From: a virus
Strand: one strand, 5' to 3'
Virus record (IMG/VR): IMGVR_UViG_3300020419_001305
Location: 14,285-78,284 of that record
Length of the DNA: 64,000 nt
The position numbers and the translations under genes were made by a program. Position 1 is the stretch's first letter. Each line of letters starts with the position of its first letter. Shown here piece by piece: positions 37,458 to 48,017 of this stretch. The notes under the pieces are model-generated. The model made no database searches, was not told the DNA's origin, and saw only the letters and a program-made list of their open reading frames with translations.

Positions 37458-39062
37458 ATGAGTGAAAAAGAATATGTTGTTACCTTAAACAAAGGTGTTG
37501 ACTATAGTGAATTTAATCAAGAAATGATTGCTTCGACTGGAGCAGGAGATATTCCGAATAGAACTGTAGACGTTGCTGACCCTAGAGCTTTATCAACAAG
37601 AAACACGCACTATGCTCTTACAGATGCTGAAGCAGTCGCTTTACGCAGTGATAGTAGAGTTACTGATGTACAGCTACGTCCTGAAGATAGAGATGATATT
37701 GAAATTGGATATGATGCTGTTCAAACAGCTAATTTTAATAAGTCATCTTCTGATTCGGGCGATTACAGAGACTGGGGTAAAATAAGACATAGCTTTGTAG
37801 AAAACAAATATGGAACATCAACTTCTTTAAGTTCTAATCCATTTGATAGACCTTATTCAATGGACGGCACTGGTGTTGATATTGTTATACAAGATAGCGG
37901 TCTCCAAGTAGACCATCCTGAATTTAATGATGCCAGCGGAGTATCAAGAGTACAGCTAATTGATTGGTATTCAGAATCAGGAATATCTGGTTCACAAAGT
38001 GTTAACCATTACAGAGACTATGATGGACATGGTACACATTGTGGAGGAACAGCAACTGGATTAAACTTTGGTTGGGCTAATAATTCAAAAGTATATAGTG
38101 TAAAAGTAAGTGGTTTAGAAGGTAGTGGAGATAGTGGCGGTATTAGTACAAGTTTATGCTTTGATGTAATCAAAGGTTGGCATCAAAATAAACCAGTAGA
38201 TCCAAAGACAGGATATAAAAGACCTACTATAGTAAATGCTAGTTGGGGTTACAGCGGAAATATAGGACAAAGTTTTTCTAACATAGAAAGCTACGTCTAT
38301 AGAGGAGTCACTTATAATTCAAGCACAGCTGGTTGGGATAGCACATCAACAGCATATCATAGAGACACATATGGATTTTATCCTTATTATAGATTTCCAG
38401 CTTACAGATATCCATTAAGGATTGCTTCTGTTGATGCTGATGTACAAGATTGTATAGATGCTGGCGTACATATTTGTATAGCCGCAGGTAATAATAGTTT
38501 CAAAGCAGATACTTCTGTAGGACCAGGAGTGGATTACAATAATGTAATTTTTTGGAGTGGTGGTTCAAACAACTTCTATCATAGAGGTAGTTCTCCTTTT
38601 GATGAAGGAGCCAATATGGTAGGTTGTACAGATAGCACTCCTGAAAACGCAACAACAGAAAGAAAGACCAGTTTCAGTACAACAGGACCAGGAGTAAGTA
38701 TTTTTGCCGCTGGTGAAAATATAATGAGCTGTTTCAGTACAACAAATAGATATACTGATGGTGCGTACTTTGGGAATAGTAGTTTTAGAGTAGGAAACAT
38801 AAGCGGAACATCAATGGCATCACCACAGGTATGCGGAGTGGGTGCTTTATATTTACAAGCTGATCCTAGCTTAACTCCAGCTCAATTAAAAAGTAAATTA
38901 GAAAATGATGCCTTGGCAGTCTTGAAAGACGAATCAAATAACGCTAACTACGGTGACACAACAGATATATGTGGTGCTGAAAACAGAATGTTATTTAATA
39001 GATACAATAGAGCTAATCCTTATACCAGTAACATATACGGTATGAGAAAAAAGAATAGGTAA
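37458..39062 (+). CDS. Subtilisin-like S8 serine protease in tail module
   Basis: VIQDSG (Asp), HGTHCGG (His), AAGN, GTSMASPQV (Ser). Confidence 0.9.
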   Translation: MSEKEYVVTLNKGVDYSEFNQEMIASTGAGDIPNRTVDVADPRALSTRNTHYALTDAEAVALRSDSRVTDVQLRPEDRDDIEIGYDAVQTANFNKSSSDSGDYRDWGKIRHSFVENKYGTSTSLSSNPFDRPYSMDGTGVDIVIQDSGLQVDHPEFNDASGVSRVQLIDWYSESGISGSQSVNHYRDYDGHGTHCGGTATGLNFGWANNSKVYSVKVSGLEGSGDSGGISTSLCFDVIKGWHQNKPVDPKTGYKRPTIVNASWGYSGNIGQSFSNIESYVYRGVTYNSSTAGWDSTSTAYHRDTYGFYPYYRFPAYRYPLRIASVDADVQDCIDAGVHICIAAGNNSFKADTSVGPGVDYNNVIFWSGGSNNFYHRGSSPFDEGANMVGCTDSTPENATTERKTSFSTTGPGVSIFAAGENIMSCFSTTNRYTDGAYFGNSSFRVGNISGTSMASPQVCGVGALYLQADPSLTPAQLKSKLENDALAVLKDESNNANYGDTTDICGAENRMLFNRYNRANPYTSNIYGMRKKNR

Positions 39063-39080
39063 ATACAGTAGGAAACAGAT

Positions 39081-39779
39081 ATGGCAATACAAACAGTAAA
39101 CATAGGAACAATAGCAAACGACGGCACAGGTGATGACCTACGTGAAGCGTTTGTAAAAGTTAACAACAACTTCACAGAACTAGATGCTAGAGATCCTGAA
39201 AAAACTACAGGTGCTAATCTTGGCTCAGCAGGTGAAGGAGTATTTGCTCAAGTCAATGCCGCAGAGATGCAATTTAAAAAATTAGTTGCTGGTACTGCCG
39301 TAAGTTTAGCAAGTGATAATAACACTATTACAATAAATTCTACAGCAACTGGATTACCTCAATTACAAGTGTTTGCTGACAATACTAATGCTACTTTTGA
39401 TGCTAACAATACAGCATTAACAATAGCAGGTGGAAATTTAGTAACAACTAATTTAGTTGGAAGTACAATTACTATTACATCTGAAACTTCATTATTTACA
39501 GATACAACACCTAAACTAGCCGCAAACTTAGACGGACAACAAAAAGAGATTATTAATACAAGCGATATTAAAAGTAAGATATACGGAGTAGATATTAGAG
39601 ATATAAAAGATGTTGCTCCTTACTTGACATTTGATCAAGGACTTGTTTTTCCAACATCTTTTTCTAGTTCACTAGATTACCTAGTAGACGCTTTAAGTAT
39701 TGATTTTGATAACGGATCATCTACATTTACAGCTTCTGCTTTACCTACCGCAGATATGGGTACACTTCCTACAGCATAA
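39081..39779 (+). CDS. Baseplate/tail protein
   Basis: VNIGTIANDGTGDDLREAFVKVNNNFTEL; TAAATA at 39060. Confidence 0.8.
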   Translation: MAIQTVNIGTIANDGTGDDLREAFVKVNNNFTELDARDPEKTTGANLGSAGEGVFAQVNAAEMQFKKLVAGTAVSLASDNNTITINSTATGLPQLQVFADNTNATFDANNTALTIAGGNLVTTNLVGSTITITSETSLFTDTTPKLAANLDGQQKEIINTSDIKSKIYGVDIRDIKDVAPYLTFDQGLVFPTSFSSSLDYLVDALSIDFDNGSSTFTASALPTADMGTLPTA

Positions 39780-39799
39780 ATATAGTATAGGAGTACAAA

Positions 39800-42757
39800 A
39801 TGTCTGAACTATGGACTGTAAACACAGGGCACAACCTCGGAACATACAATGAAAGCGTAACGCAAACTATCGCATTACCTGTGAATGCTGTGGACAGCAT
39901 TACACTTATAACAGGATCTCTTCCAGGAGGTTTACGTTTAGCAAATAATAATAGTTTGATAGGTACTCCCTATGAAGTCAAATCTTTAAAAGAATTTCAA
40001 TTTGTCTTAAGAGCTAGAAAAGGCAATACAATAGATGATAGAACATTTAAAATTACAATAGATGGAGCCGATGCTCCGTCCTGGGTAACAACACAAGGTT
40101 CATTGCCGTTAGGTCCTAATCAAAAATTTTATATATTGGACAGTAGTCCTGTAGACTTTCAATTACAAGTAATTGATCCTGATATTCCAGCAGGAGATAA
40201 CTTAGAATATTTTATAGCAGACGGTGAGGGAGAATTACCACCTGGAATAGAACTAGGTAGAACTACTGGAAAACTTACAGGAATAGTTGAACCGTTGTTA
40301 GCTTTAGAAAAGAGAGCGGCATCGGGGTTTTACGATTCTAATACGTTCGGCGAATTTCCTTTTGATTTTGGTGTTCAGAGTTTTAATGGTTATAGTAGTT
40401 TTTATTATGATACAAACTTTTATGATTTTGCTATTCCAACACAAAGTCCAAGAAAATTAAATAGATTTTACGATTTTACTGTATCAGTAAGTGACGGCAT
40501 AGTCATAGCAAAAAGAAGCTTTCAAATCTATTTGGTAGGTGACGATTTCCTCAGAACTGATAACACATTAATGCAGTTAGGAACAGGATTATTCTCAGCA
40601 GATAACACTTTTCTTAGAGCACCTGTTTGGTTAACTCCAAGTGATTTAGGTTACAGACGTGCTAACAATTATGTAACATTATTTTTAGATGTTTACGATC
40701 CAACAAGTAATCAAGGTATTATTAGTTTTACAGTTAAAAAAGCAAATCCAGATGGAACAGCAAGTGCGTTACCTCCAGGTTTAAGTATAGATTCAACAAC
40801 AGGTGAAATAGGAGGATTAGTTCCTTATCAACCTGCTGTTACAAAAGAATATAAATTTACTATAGAAGCCTTAAGACAGTTAGGTTCCGCGGCAAGTACA
40901 TCTTTCCAATCATTTTTTAATAACATCGGAGTTGGACAAACTTGGTCAGGAGAGCAAAATGTTCCTTTCTTTAATTTTGCTGAGCAAAACTTTATTGGAC
41001 AAAATAATGAAACTGGTTGGATAGTTTTTAATAGTGTTCCTGTAACTACAGCAGATGCTAGTGATAATTCAAAATATACATTACAAGGAATAATTGATCA
41101 ATCTGTATGGGTGGTTAAAAATGGTAGAGTAGTTGGTACAGCAACAGATAAAACTTTGACAAGAGTAGAGCAAGGTGATAGTGATTTAATTAGATCAAGT
41201 TTTAAAGGAAGTATTACTGATGTTGGTTTTAGAACATTTGATTCTAGTGGGCAAGTAACTGCCAATAAAGTTGTTACAATGTCCTTTTATGATTATGATG
41301 AAAGAATTACATCAGAAACTAATCAAGTTATAGCAAAAGATAAAACGTTTACTGTAAAACTTCTAGGAGAAGTTGAAAGTGTTATAACTTGGAATACATT
41401 AAGTGATCTAGGAAACCTAAGAGCAAATTTTATTTCAACGTTATCAGTTAATGCTACAAGCACAGTTCCTAATGCTGTATTAGTGTATTCACTAGACAGT
41501 GGAAAGTTGCCTCCAGGAATTACTTTAGCTATAGACGGACAGCTACAAGGTAAGATAAGACAGTTTGGAGAAACAGGTAAGCCTGGACTTACCACATTAG
41601 ATAAGTCAACAGGTGTGTTTACTTTAGATGGTGGCACAACAACTTTAGATAGAAAATATACATTCACAGTAAAAGCTCAAGATCAATTTGGATTCAGTGC
41701 TACTACTAGAACGTTTACTTTGTCTACTACTGATCCAAACGATTTACTTTATAGTAATATTAGTATGGTGCCATTAATGAAAAATAAAGATAGGTTAAGT
41801 TTTAGAAACTTTATATCAGATCCTAATATCTTTCCGCCTCAAGCAGTATACAGACCAAATGATCCTGCGTTCGGATTACAAGATCAAATTAAGGCATTAG
41901 CCTATGCTGGAATTGAAACAAAAACAGTAGGAGAATTTGTTGGAGCAGTAGCAAAAAACCATTTAAGTAAAAAATACAAATTTGGTTCAGTCAAAAAAGC
42001 TATAGCAAAAGCAACAGGAACCAACACAACTGTATATGAAGTAATTTATGTAGAACTTGTTGATCCATCTGAACCTACTACAGGAGAAACTAACCAACAA
42101 TTTATTACTACCACTAGTAAGAAAGTTACAGTTGACAGTATACAATTTGAAGTTAACGATGATAATACTGGTGTAGGTACTGGACAAGGATTCTTTGATA
42201 TAGGGTTACGTGGAGGAGATGGAAAGTCTCCAGCGTCAACAGGAACAATTACTATCTTTACCAGAACAGCGCCGTTGTTATTCAATCCAGGTAATCAAAT
42301 CACTGTAACAGATCAAAATGGAAGTGTTATAGTAGTGGCAAACATTGACGATAGTATAAACAGTGATCCTTTAAGATTAAGACCGGTAACGAACACAATC
42401 AAAATAGACAGTGATGCTGTTAAGATAAGCGATAGTGCTGATCAAAGAAAGTATATTAGTAATATAACAAATATGAGAAAACGCATAAGAGCATTAGGAA
42501 ATAACTTGCGTGAATTTTATCCGTTATGGATGCGTACATCTCAAACTACAGGACAAGGTGAATTGGGTTTTGTGTTAGCAGTACCTTTAGTTTACTGTAA
42601 ACCAGGACAAGCAGATGCTGTCTTATTGAATATTACAAATAGTACTTTTGATTTCAAAACTTTAAATATAGAGATTGATAGATATAATATCGATTCAACT
42701 AAAAATAACAGTAATGAACAATATATCAAATTCGCTGATTTCCAGTTCAACGTATAA
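39800..42757 (+). CDS. Baseplate wedge-like protein with Ig-like repeats
   Basis: Repeated G.LPPG..L...G...G; C-terminal PLWMRT.Q, YCKPG, EIDRY. Confidence 0.75.
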   Translation: MSELWTVNTGHNLGTYNESVTQTIALPVNAVDSITLITGSLPGGLRLANNNSLIGTPYEVKSLKEFQFVLRARKGNTIDDRTFKITIDGADAPSWVTTQGSLPLGPNQKFYILDSSPVDFQLQVIDPDIPAGDNLEYFIADGEGELPPGIELGRTTGKLTGIVEPLLALEKRAASGFYDSNTFGEFPFDFGVQSFNGYSSFYYDTNFYDFAIPTQSPRKLNRFYDFTVSVSDGIVIAKRSFQIYLVGDDFLRTDNTLMQLGTGLFSADNTFLRAPVWLTPSDLGYRRANNYVTLFLDVYDPTSNQGIISFTVKKANPDGTASALPPGLSIDSTTGEIGGLVPYQPAVTKEYKFTIEALRQLGSAASTSFQSFFNNIGVGQTWSGEQNVPFFNFAEQNFIGQNNETGWIVFNSVPVTTADASDNSKYTLQGIIDQSVWVVKNGRVVGTATDKTLTRVEQGDSDLIRSSFKGSITDVGFRTFDSSGQVTANKVVTMSFYDYDERITSETNQVIAKDKTFTVKLLGEVESVITWNTLSDLGNLRANFISTLSVNATSTVPNAVLVYSLDSGKLPPGITLAIDGQLQGKIRQFGETGKPGLTTLDKSTGVFTLDGGTTTLDRKYTFTVKAQDQFGFSATTRTFTLSTTDPNDLLYSNISMVPLMKNKDRLSFRNFISDPNIFPPQAVYRPNDPAFGLQDQIKALAYAGIETKTVGEFVGAVAKNHLSKKYKFGSVKKAIAKATGTNTTVYEVIYVELVDPSEPTTGETNQQFITTTSKKVTVDSIQFEVNDDNTGVGTGQGFFDIGLRGGDGKSPASTGTITIFTRTAPLLFNPGNQITVTDQNGSVIVVANIDDSINSDPLRLRPVTNTIKIDSDAVKISDSADQRKYISNITNMRKRIRALGNNLREFYPLWMRTSQTTGQGELGFVLAVPLVYCKPGQADAVLLNITNSTFDFKTLNIEIDRYNIDSTKNNSNEQYIKFADFQFNV

Positions 42758-42780
42758 TAAATATTTTGTTGGAGTAACAA

Positions 42781-43530
42781 ATGGCTGGTATTAGCAAATC
42801 TCAAAAACTAGAATTATCAAATATAGCAGTTGAACTAGATTCAGAGGAAGTTGGATTAATAAGGTATGTATTAGAAAGCTACTTTACTATGACATCTGTA
42901 GCTAGATTAGTCAATACGCTAAAATCTTGCAAATACGCTGTACAGAATAATATTCCAGGAGATTTTGTTGAATGCGGTGTTTGGCGTGGAGGTCATGGAA
43001 TACTGGCTAAAAAAATATTTGAACGAATGGGATCAAACAAAAAAGTTTGGATGTTTGATACATTTGAAGGAATGGCAGAACCTACAGAGTTTGATGTAAA
43101 CGCAAGAACAAAAGAGTTAGCAACAGTAAAATATAATGAAACAAAAACCAATACGCATGTTGATTGGTGTTACGCATCTTTAGAAGATGTGAAAAAATGT
43201 TGTGTATCATCAGGTATAGACACAACTAACATAAATTTTATTAAGGGTGATGTTTGCGAAACATTAAAAGACCCAGATAATAGACCAACACAGATATCAG
43301 TGCTTAGATTAGACACTGATTGGTATAAGTCAACTAAGACTGAATTACATTGGTTGTATCCTATTTTAAGTGCTAATGGTGTGTTAATCATTGATGATTA
43401 CGGGCATTGGCAGGGATCGCGTAAAGCAGTAGACGAATATTTTGCCAAAACACAATACAAACCTTTGTTTAACGTGGTAGATTTTACAGGACGTTCAGCA
43501 ATTAAGATAAATAATATGACAGGAGAATAG
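42781..43530 (+). CDS. TylF/MycF/NovP-family O-methyltransferase
   Basis: IPGDFVECGVWRGG, FDTFEG, LRLDTDWY, GVLIIDDYGHWQGSRKAVDEY. Confidence 0.9.
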   Translation: MAGISKSQKLELSNIAVELDSEEVGLIRYVLESYFTMTSVARLVNTLKSCKYAVQNNIPGDFVECGVWRGGHGILAKKIFERMGSNKKVWMFDTFEGMAEPTEFDVNARTKELATVKYNETKTNTHVDWCYASLEDVKKCCVSSGIDTTNINFIKGDVCETLKDPDNRPTQISVLRLDTDWYKSTKTELHWLYPILSANGVLIIDDYGHWQGSRKAVDEYFAKTQYKPLFNVVDFTGRSAIKINNMTGE

Positions 43531-43531
43531 C

Positions 43532-44104
43532 ATGGCTAGTAATATAAATGATACGGGTGTAAACAAGGATTACCCAGTAGCAGGTCAAGATAACGATTCA
43601 CAAGGATTCAGAGATAACTTCAACGTTATCAAGGATAACTTTGTTGCCGCAAAAAGCGAAATTGAAACCCTACAAACTAATACAGCAAAGCTGAATGCTT
43701 CAAATAACTTCTTAGCAAATAATATTCAAAACGCAAACTTCATTAACAACAGTTATGGTTATTTTGCTGGTGGAACAGTCAACTCTAGTCAAAACGTAAA
43801 CTATAGTAACGGAAACTATCAGGCATTTACTGTTGGTGCTGATATTACACTTACATTCGCAGAATGGCCAGCAACAACTAAAACTGGTGTAGTCAGAGTT
43901 TTTGTAAACAATGACGGTGTACAAAGAACAATTACTTTCGCTTCGAATGCCGGAGCAGGTACAATCAAAAGAAATAATAATTGGTCAGGAGCAGGAAATA
44001 CATTTGTTATAGACACTCCTAACACAAGGACTTATGTATTCGAGTTTATTAGTTTCGATGCTGGTGCGACTGTATTCGCAGATTACATTGGTTACTATGA
44101 ATAA
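43532..44104 (+). CDS. Probable structural protein
   Basis: YPVAGQDNDSQGFRDNF motif; TAAATA and SD upstream. Confidence 0.75.
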   Translation: MASNINDTGVNKDYPVAGQDNDSQGFRDNFNVIKDNFVAAKSEIETLQTNTAKLNASNNFLANNIQNANFINNSYGYFAGGTVNSSQNVNYSNGNYQAFTVGADITLTFAEWPATTKTGVVRVFVNNDGVQRTITFASNAGAGTIKRNNNWSGAGNTFVIDTPNTRTYVFEFISFDAGATVFADYIGYYE

Positions 44105-44334
44105 TGATTCATCCATTTAGTGAAGATACTGCTGACCTATCTGTAAACGAGTTACATGACAAAGTAGCAGAGTTATCCAAAAAATATTTTCAAACTCAAA
44201 ATCCTCAGGTAAAAGAACAAATATCTACGTTTATTGAGTTTTACAAACAAGAAGCCCGAATAAAAGAAGAAAAACAACGCCAAGAAGAACAAAATGGCAA
44301 TTTAGATCTTGACAATTTGATCAATGTATCGTAA
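44104..44334 (+). CDS. Hypothetical protein
   Basis: 76 aa, coupled start. Confidence 0.7.
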   Translation: MIHPFSEDTADLSVNELHDKVAELSKKYFQTQNPQVKEQISTFIEFYKQEARIKEEKQRQEEQNGNLDLDNLINVS

Positions 44335-44344
44335 AATATAATTA

Positions 44345-44866
44345 ATGCTTATGAAGACAGATAATTTCGGAATACCCAAGTTCACGGGCGAAGATCTAGT
44401 AGATTTGATTTACGAAGGTAAAATCAATAAATGCCACACGGTGTTATGTGAACCTACTGAGGAAGTTGATAAGTTCAACACCTTGGCAGAAGAGTTTGGT
44501 ATTCCTACACTAAAAAAATACAAAGAAGTAGATGTTTCAAAAGAGCAGTTTGATGAGATTTGTCAAAGCGAATGGTTTATGCCTGATTACTACAAACGCA
44601 TAGACGTCGAAAAGTATCTTAAAGACAAATGTACAAATTCAAAAGAAATTGAAAGAGTTGAACAAGAACTAGTAGAGTATGAACAAAGGCAGATGTATAA
44701 TTTGTTAAGGTACATGATCTATCTAGTAGACTTTATGAGAGAAAATCATATTGTTTGGGGTGTAGGCAGAGGATCTAGTGTAGCCAGTTACATACTATAT
44801 TTAATTGGTATACATAAAGTAAATTCAATCCAATATGACCTGGATTACACCGAGTTCTTGAGATAA
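44345..44866 (+). CDS. DNA polymerase III alpha (DnaE)-like fragment
   Basis: RVEQEL..YLVDFMREN.IVWGVGRGSSVASYILYLIGIHKVNSIQYDL..EFLR; TTGACA (44309) N17 TAAAAT. Confidence 0.8.
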   Translation: MLMKTDNFGIPKFTGEDLVDLIYEGKINKCHTVLCEPTEEVDKFNTLAEEFGIPTLKKYKEVDVSKEQFDEICQSEWFMPDYYKRIDVEKYLKDKCTNSKEIERVEQELVEYEQRQMYNLLRYMIYLVDFMRENHIVWGVGRGSSVASYILYLIGIHKVNSIQYDLDYTEFLR

Positions 44867-44894
44867 GTACATATATAATAGAAGGAGGTCAGTT

Positions 44895-45287
44895 ATGGCA
44901 GTTAGACAAACAGGTAGAAAACAATACCGTACAATGCAAGGTAAAAACGTTGATATGGATCTTCTACGTCAAAGAAATGAACTTACACCAGCAGTTGGTA
45001 ACGTAAGAGTTAACGCAAGAGGCGACGAGCTAGGCCCAGGTGGTAAGATTGTTAGAAAACGTGAAGAAGTCCTTAGAGACTATTACGAAGACAATGTACC
45101 TGCTACCGAGTTCGAAACACCAGTTCAGTCAGCAAAAGTAGAAGCGGACGAAGCTCCAGCAGTACAAGTAGAAGAACAAAAAAAATCTTCTAGTGTAAAA
45201 GCAAAGTCTGGAAAAACTAAAGCGGAAACCGCTGAAGAAGATTGGGTTGAAGACAAAGACGGCAATTTTGTTAAAAGAGGTGCGTAA
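44895..45287 (+). CDS. Hypothetical phage protein
   Basis: SD AGGAGG; AVGNVRVNARGDELGPGG. Confidence 0.75.
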   Translation: MAVRQTGRKQYRTMQGKNVDMDLLRQRNELTPAVGNVRVNARGDELGPGGKIVRKREEVLRDYYEDNVPATEFETPVQSAKVEADEAPAVQVEEQKKSSSVKAKSGKTKAETAEEDWVEDKDGNFVKRGA

Positions 45288-45685
45288 TGGCAACTAATCT
45301 ACATACAATTCAGGGAGACCTTACCCCTGTAAAAAATAGAGTATTAGTAAGGGACATGTATTTCGGAGAGCAGAAAACAGCAGGTGGTTTGATTATTTCA
45401 AACGACGATGGTACTACCCGAGGTATATATCCTAGATGGGGTAAAGTTTATGCTAAAGGACCAACCAACATAGATGATTATGATGTTGGTGATTGGATAC
45501 TAATACAGCATGGAAGATGGACTAGAGGAATTAACATTCATAACGGAGCAGAAGAAGTCGAGCTTAGAATGGTTGAAGCAGAAAGTGTTTTAGCAGTAAG
45601 TGAAGAAAGACCAAGTGATGCTATGATTGGTCAAGAATATTCCGATGGCCCAGTTGACATTCGACCTGAAGAATTTATGGGGTGA
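45287..45685 (+). CDS. GroES-like co-chaperonin
   Basis: PVKNRVLV..EQKTAGGLII..GKVYAKGP..VGDWIL. Confidence 0.8.
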   Translation: MATNLHTIQGDLTPVKNRVLVRDMYFGEQKTAGGLIISNDDGTTRGIYPRWGKVYAKGPTNIDDYDVGDWILIQHGRWTRGINIHNGAEEVELRMVEAESVLAVSEERPSDAMIGQEYSDGPVDIRPEEFMG

Positions 45686-46143
45686 CCAAATTGATAGATT
45701 TAGAAACAGTTAAAAGAAATACAGTAGATAAGAAACCCACTAGCATAGTAGACCTAAACAAATATAAACAGTTTGTAGAAAAAGTTACATCAGATGAATC
45801 CAATGATTGGTCATTTACCCAAGCCAGACTTCACGAGCTTAATGACGAAGTTAATATATCATTGTTGTTAACCGGAGCAATTGGTATTGCTTCAGAAGGA
45901 GGCGAGTATGCTGAGATTGTTAAGAAATGTATATTCCAAGGTAAGCCTTTGGATGATGACACGAAATTTCATATTAAGCGAGAACTTGGTGATATTATTT
46001 GGTATTGGATTAATTCATGCCGGGCGTTGGATCTAGACCCAAATGAAGTAATATCAGAGAATGTGAATAAATTAAGTTCTAGGTATCCAGATGGAGAGTT
46101 TGATGTCCATTATTCAGAGAATAGAAAAGAAGGCGATTTGTAA
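45682..46143 (+). CDS. MazG-like NTP pyrophosphohydrolase
   Basis: GIASEGGEYAEIVKK..ELGDIIWY..NVNKLSSRYP. Confidence 0.85.
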   Translation: MTKLIDLETVKRNTVDKKPTSIVDLNKYKQFVEKVTSDESNDWSFTQARLHELNDEVNISLLLTGAIGIASEGGEYAEIVKKCIFQGKPLDDDTKFHIKRELGDIIWYWINSCRALDLDPNEVISENVNKLSSRYPDGEFDVHYSENRKEGDL

Positions 46144-46204
46144 TACCAAAAAGTCTTGACATTCCGTGTTGTTTATGTTATTATATACAAAATAGGAGTG
46201 TAAA

Positions 46205-46369
46205 ATGAAGTTTCCAAAACCACAATCAAGCGGTATCGGTACAACAGGAGTTGTAGGCGTTGCCCTTATGACATTACATTTACTAGATATTATACAAGGC
46301 TGGGGATGGCCAATACTGTATGTATTACTTATTTTAATAGCAATGGGTCAAGAAAATAGGAAAGGCTAA
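46205..46369 (+). CDS. Small two-TM protein (54 aa)
   Basis: TTGACA promoter at 46156; SD AGGAG. Confidence 0.65.
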   Translation: MKFPKPQSSGIGTTGVVGVALMTLHLLDIIQGWGWPILYVLLILIAMGQENRKG

Positions 46370-46494
46370 TGGCAAAAAGAAACAAACTTGAAAGAAAGCT
46401 AGACGAATACAATCATACAATGGAACTTATTAGAACCATTGTACCAATTGCTGTCTTAGTTTTACAAGTTATTATTTTAGTGAAGTTAATGTAA
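46369..46494 (+). CDS. Small single-TM protein (41 aa)
   Basis: Coupled TAATG start; abuts next ATG. Confidence 0.6.
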   Translation: MAKRNKLERKLDEYNHTMELIRTIVPIAVLVLQVIILVKLM

Positions 46495-47169
46495 ATGGGT
46501 AAAAGTGTTTATGATATAATAAAAAGACGTAAACATGTGGTTCATTACGACATGAATCAAATTCCATCAAAAGTAGAGATAGAGAAATGTTTAAGAGCGG
46601 CATGGTCAATGACTCCTTCAAAACAAAACTGCCATCCTTATAGTATTAATATATTAGGTCCAGAACACAAAGAACAAAAAATTAAACTATGGAATTTAGT
46701 AAAAGGTAATCATTATACAATGGAAGAAAAAGGTGTACAAGTAGGAATGATAGACTCAGTAAGCGGTAGACCTAATCCTTACTATTATCATATAAAGATA
46801 AATCCTTACACACTTATCATTACACCAAGACTAATTTTAAAACAAAATGAACATTATACAAGGCAGATTAAAGGGGGACATTACATGGAGCAAATGGACC
46901 CTGTTAGAATGGAGAGCAGAAAAGATATAGATTCAATTTCAGTTGAAGTAGGATTTTTCTGTGCGAATCTATGTGCTTTATTGATGGAAAGAGGATTAGA
47001 TATAAGTTATACAAATTGCTTTCCAAGACGTTTAGAATATTGGAAAGAGTTTCCTTTTTTAAAGTATGCTCCTGTTCTACTAGTTAGTATAGGAAAGGCT
47101 GAACATTATAGAGGACTTGTTGAAGGAGATACGAAAGCACCCTTTAAAGATATAATAGAATGGAGATAG
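46495..47169 (+). CDS. Nitroreductase-like flavoprotein
   Basis: IIKRRKHV..AAWSMTPSKQNCHPY..ERGLDISY. Confidence 0.65.
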   Translation: MGKSVYDIIKRRKHVVHYDMNQIPSKVEIEKCLRAAWSMTPSKQNCHPYSINILGPEHKEQKIKLWNLVKGNHYTMEEKGVQVGMIDSVSGRPNPYYYHIKINPYTLIITPRLILKQNEHYTRQIKGGHYMEQMDPVRMESRKDIDSISVEVGFFCANLCALLMERGLDISYTNCFPRRLEYWKEFPFLKYAPVLLVSIGKAEHYRGLVEGDTKAPFKDIIEWR

Positions 47170-47170
47170 T

Positions 47171-47716
47171 ATGGCAACACATGGAATGATAGATTTAGAA
47201 ACACTAGGAGTTAATCCTGATAGTGTTATTATCACACTAGGTGCGATAAAGTTCAACCCTTTCAATAATACAGAGCCACATAACCCTTTGTACTTAAGAT
47301 GCGACATAGAAGAACAAAGTGAAAATCTAAATAGAAAAATAGATGAAAATACTATGAAATGGTGGGGTAAACAATCGCAAGAAATACAAGACGAAGCGTT
47401 TGGTGATCATGATCGAGTTGACAGTGAAGAACTTACTAAACAACTAAACAAATGGTGTGTTGGACTAGATTATATTTGGTGCCAAGGTCCTGCGTTTGAT
47501 TTTGTTATGTTACAAGATTTATACAAGGATTTAGGAAAACCTGTGCCCTGGAACTTCTGGCAAATAAGAGATAGTAGAACATTATTTAAGATGCTTCCAC
47601 AAGATCCTAGAAAAAAGATTCAACAGTCGGCACATAACGCATTAGCAGATTGTTACTATCAAGCAAAATGTGTTCAAGAAACATACGAACATTTTGGAGT
47701 TAAAAGTGAAAGCTAG
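47171..47716 (+). CDS. DEDDh 3'-5' exonuclease/exoribonuclease
   Basis: MIDLETL, FDFVML, RDSRT, HNALAD. Confidence 0.85.
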   Translation: MATHGMIDLETLGVNPDSVIITLGAIKFNPFNNTEPHNPLYLRCDIEEQSENLNRKIDENTMKWWGKQSQEIQDEAFGDHDRVDSEELTKQLNKWCVGLDYIWCQGPAFDFVMLQDLYKDLGKPVPWNFWQIRDSRTLFKMLPQDPRKKIQQSAHNALADCYYQAKCVQETYEHFGVKSES

Positions 47717-48017
47717 AAAATTAATTGATGGAAGTATAGTAGAAGAACTAGATAAACCTACAAAATTGGTTATAGAAACAAAATGTCCAGGTAAATGGAA
47801 AATAGTCGACATGGAAACAGGTCAAGCATATATTGGAACGGACAAAGATAAAAAGTTTCAGTATTGGCAATCTATAGACAATGATAGATTGACAAATATA
47901 GAAAAAGAAATTAAACTACTTAATGAGAAGTTAGGTAAACATATTGAATTTATTGATCAAACTTATGAAGGACTTAAAAATCCAATTAACGCGGCAAGGA
48001 GGTGGTTAGGACGATGA
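47706..48017 (+). CDS. Hypothetical protein
   Basis: GTG start with GGAG SD; TKCPGKWKIVDMETG. Confidence 0.65.
   Translation: MKARKLIDGSIVEELDKPTKLVIETKCPGKWKIVDMETGQAYIGTDKDKKFQYWQSIDNDRLTNIEKEIKLLNEKLGKHIEFIDQTYEGLKNPINAARRWLGR

Noticed and set aside
27246-44025. Many antisense ORFs in the structural block
   Set aside because: Typical antisense shadows of Thr/Gly/Asn-rich genes
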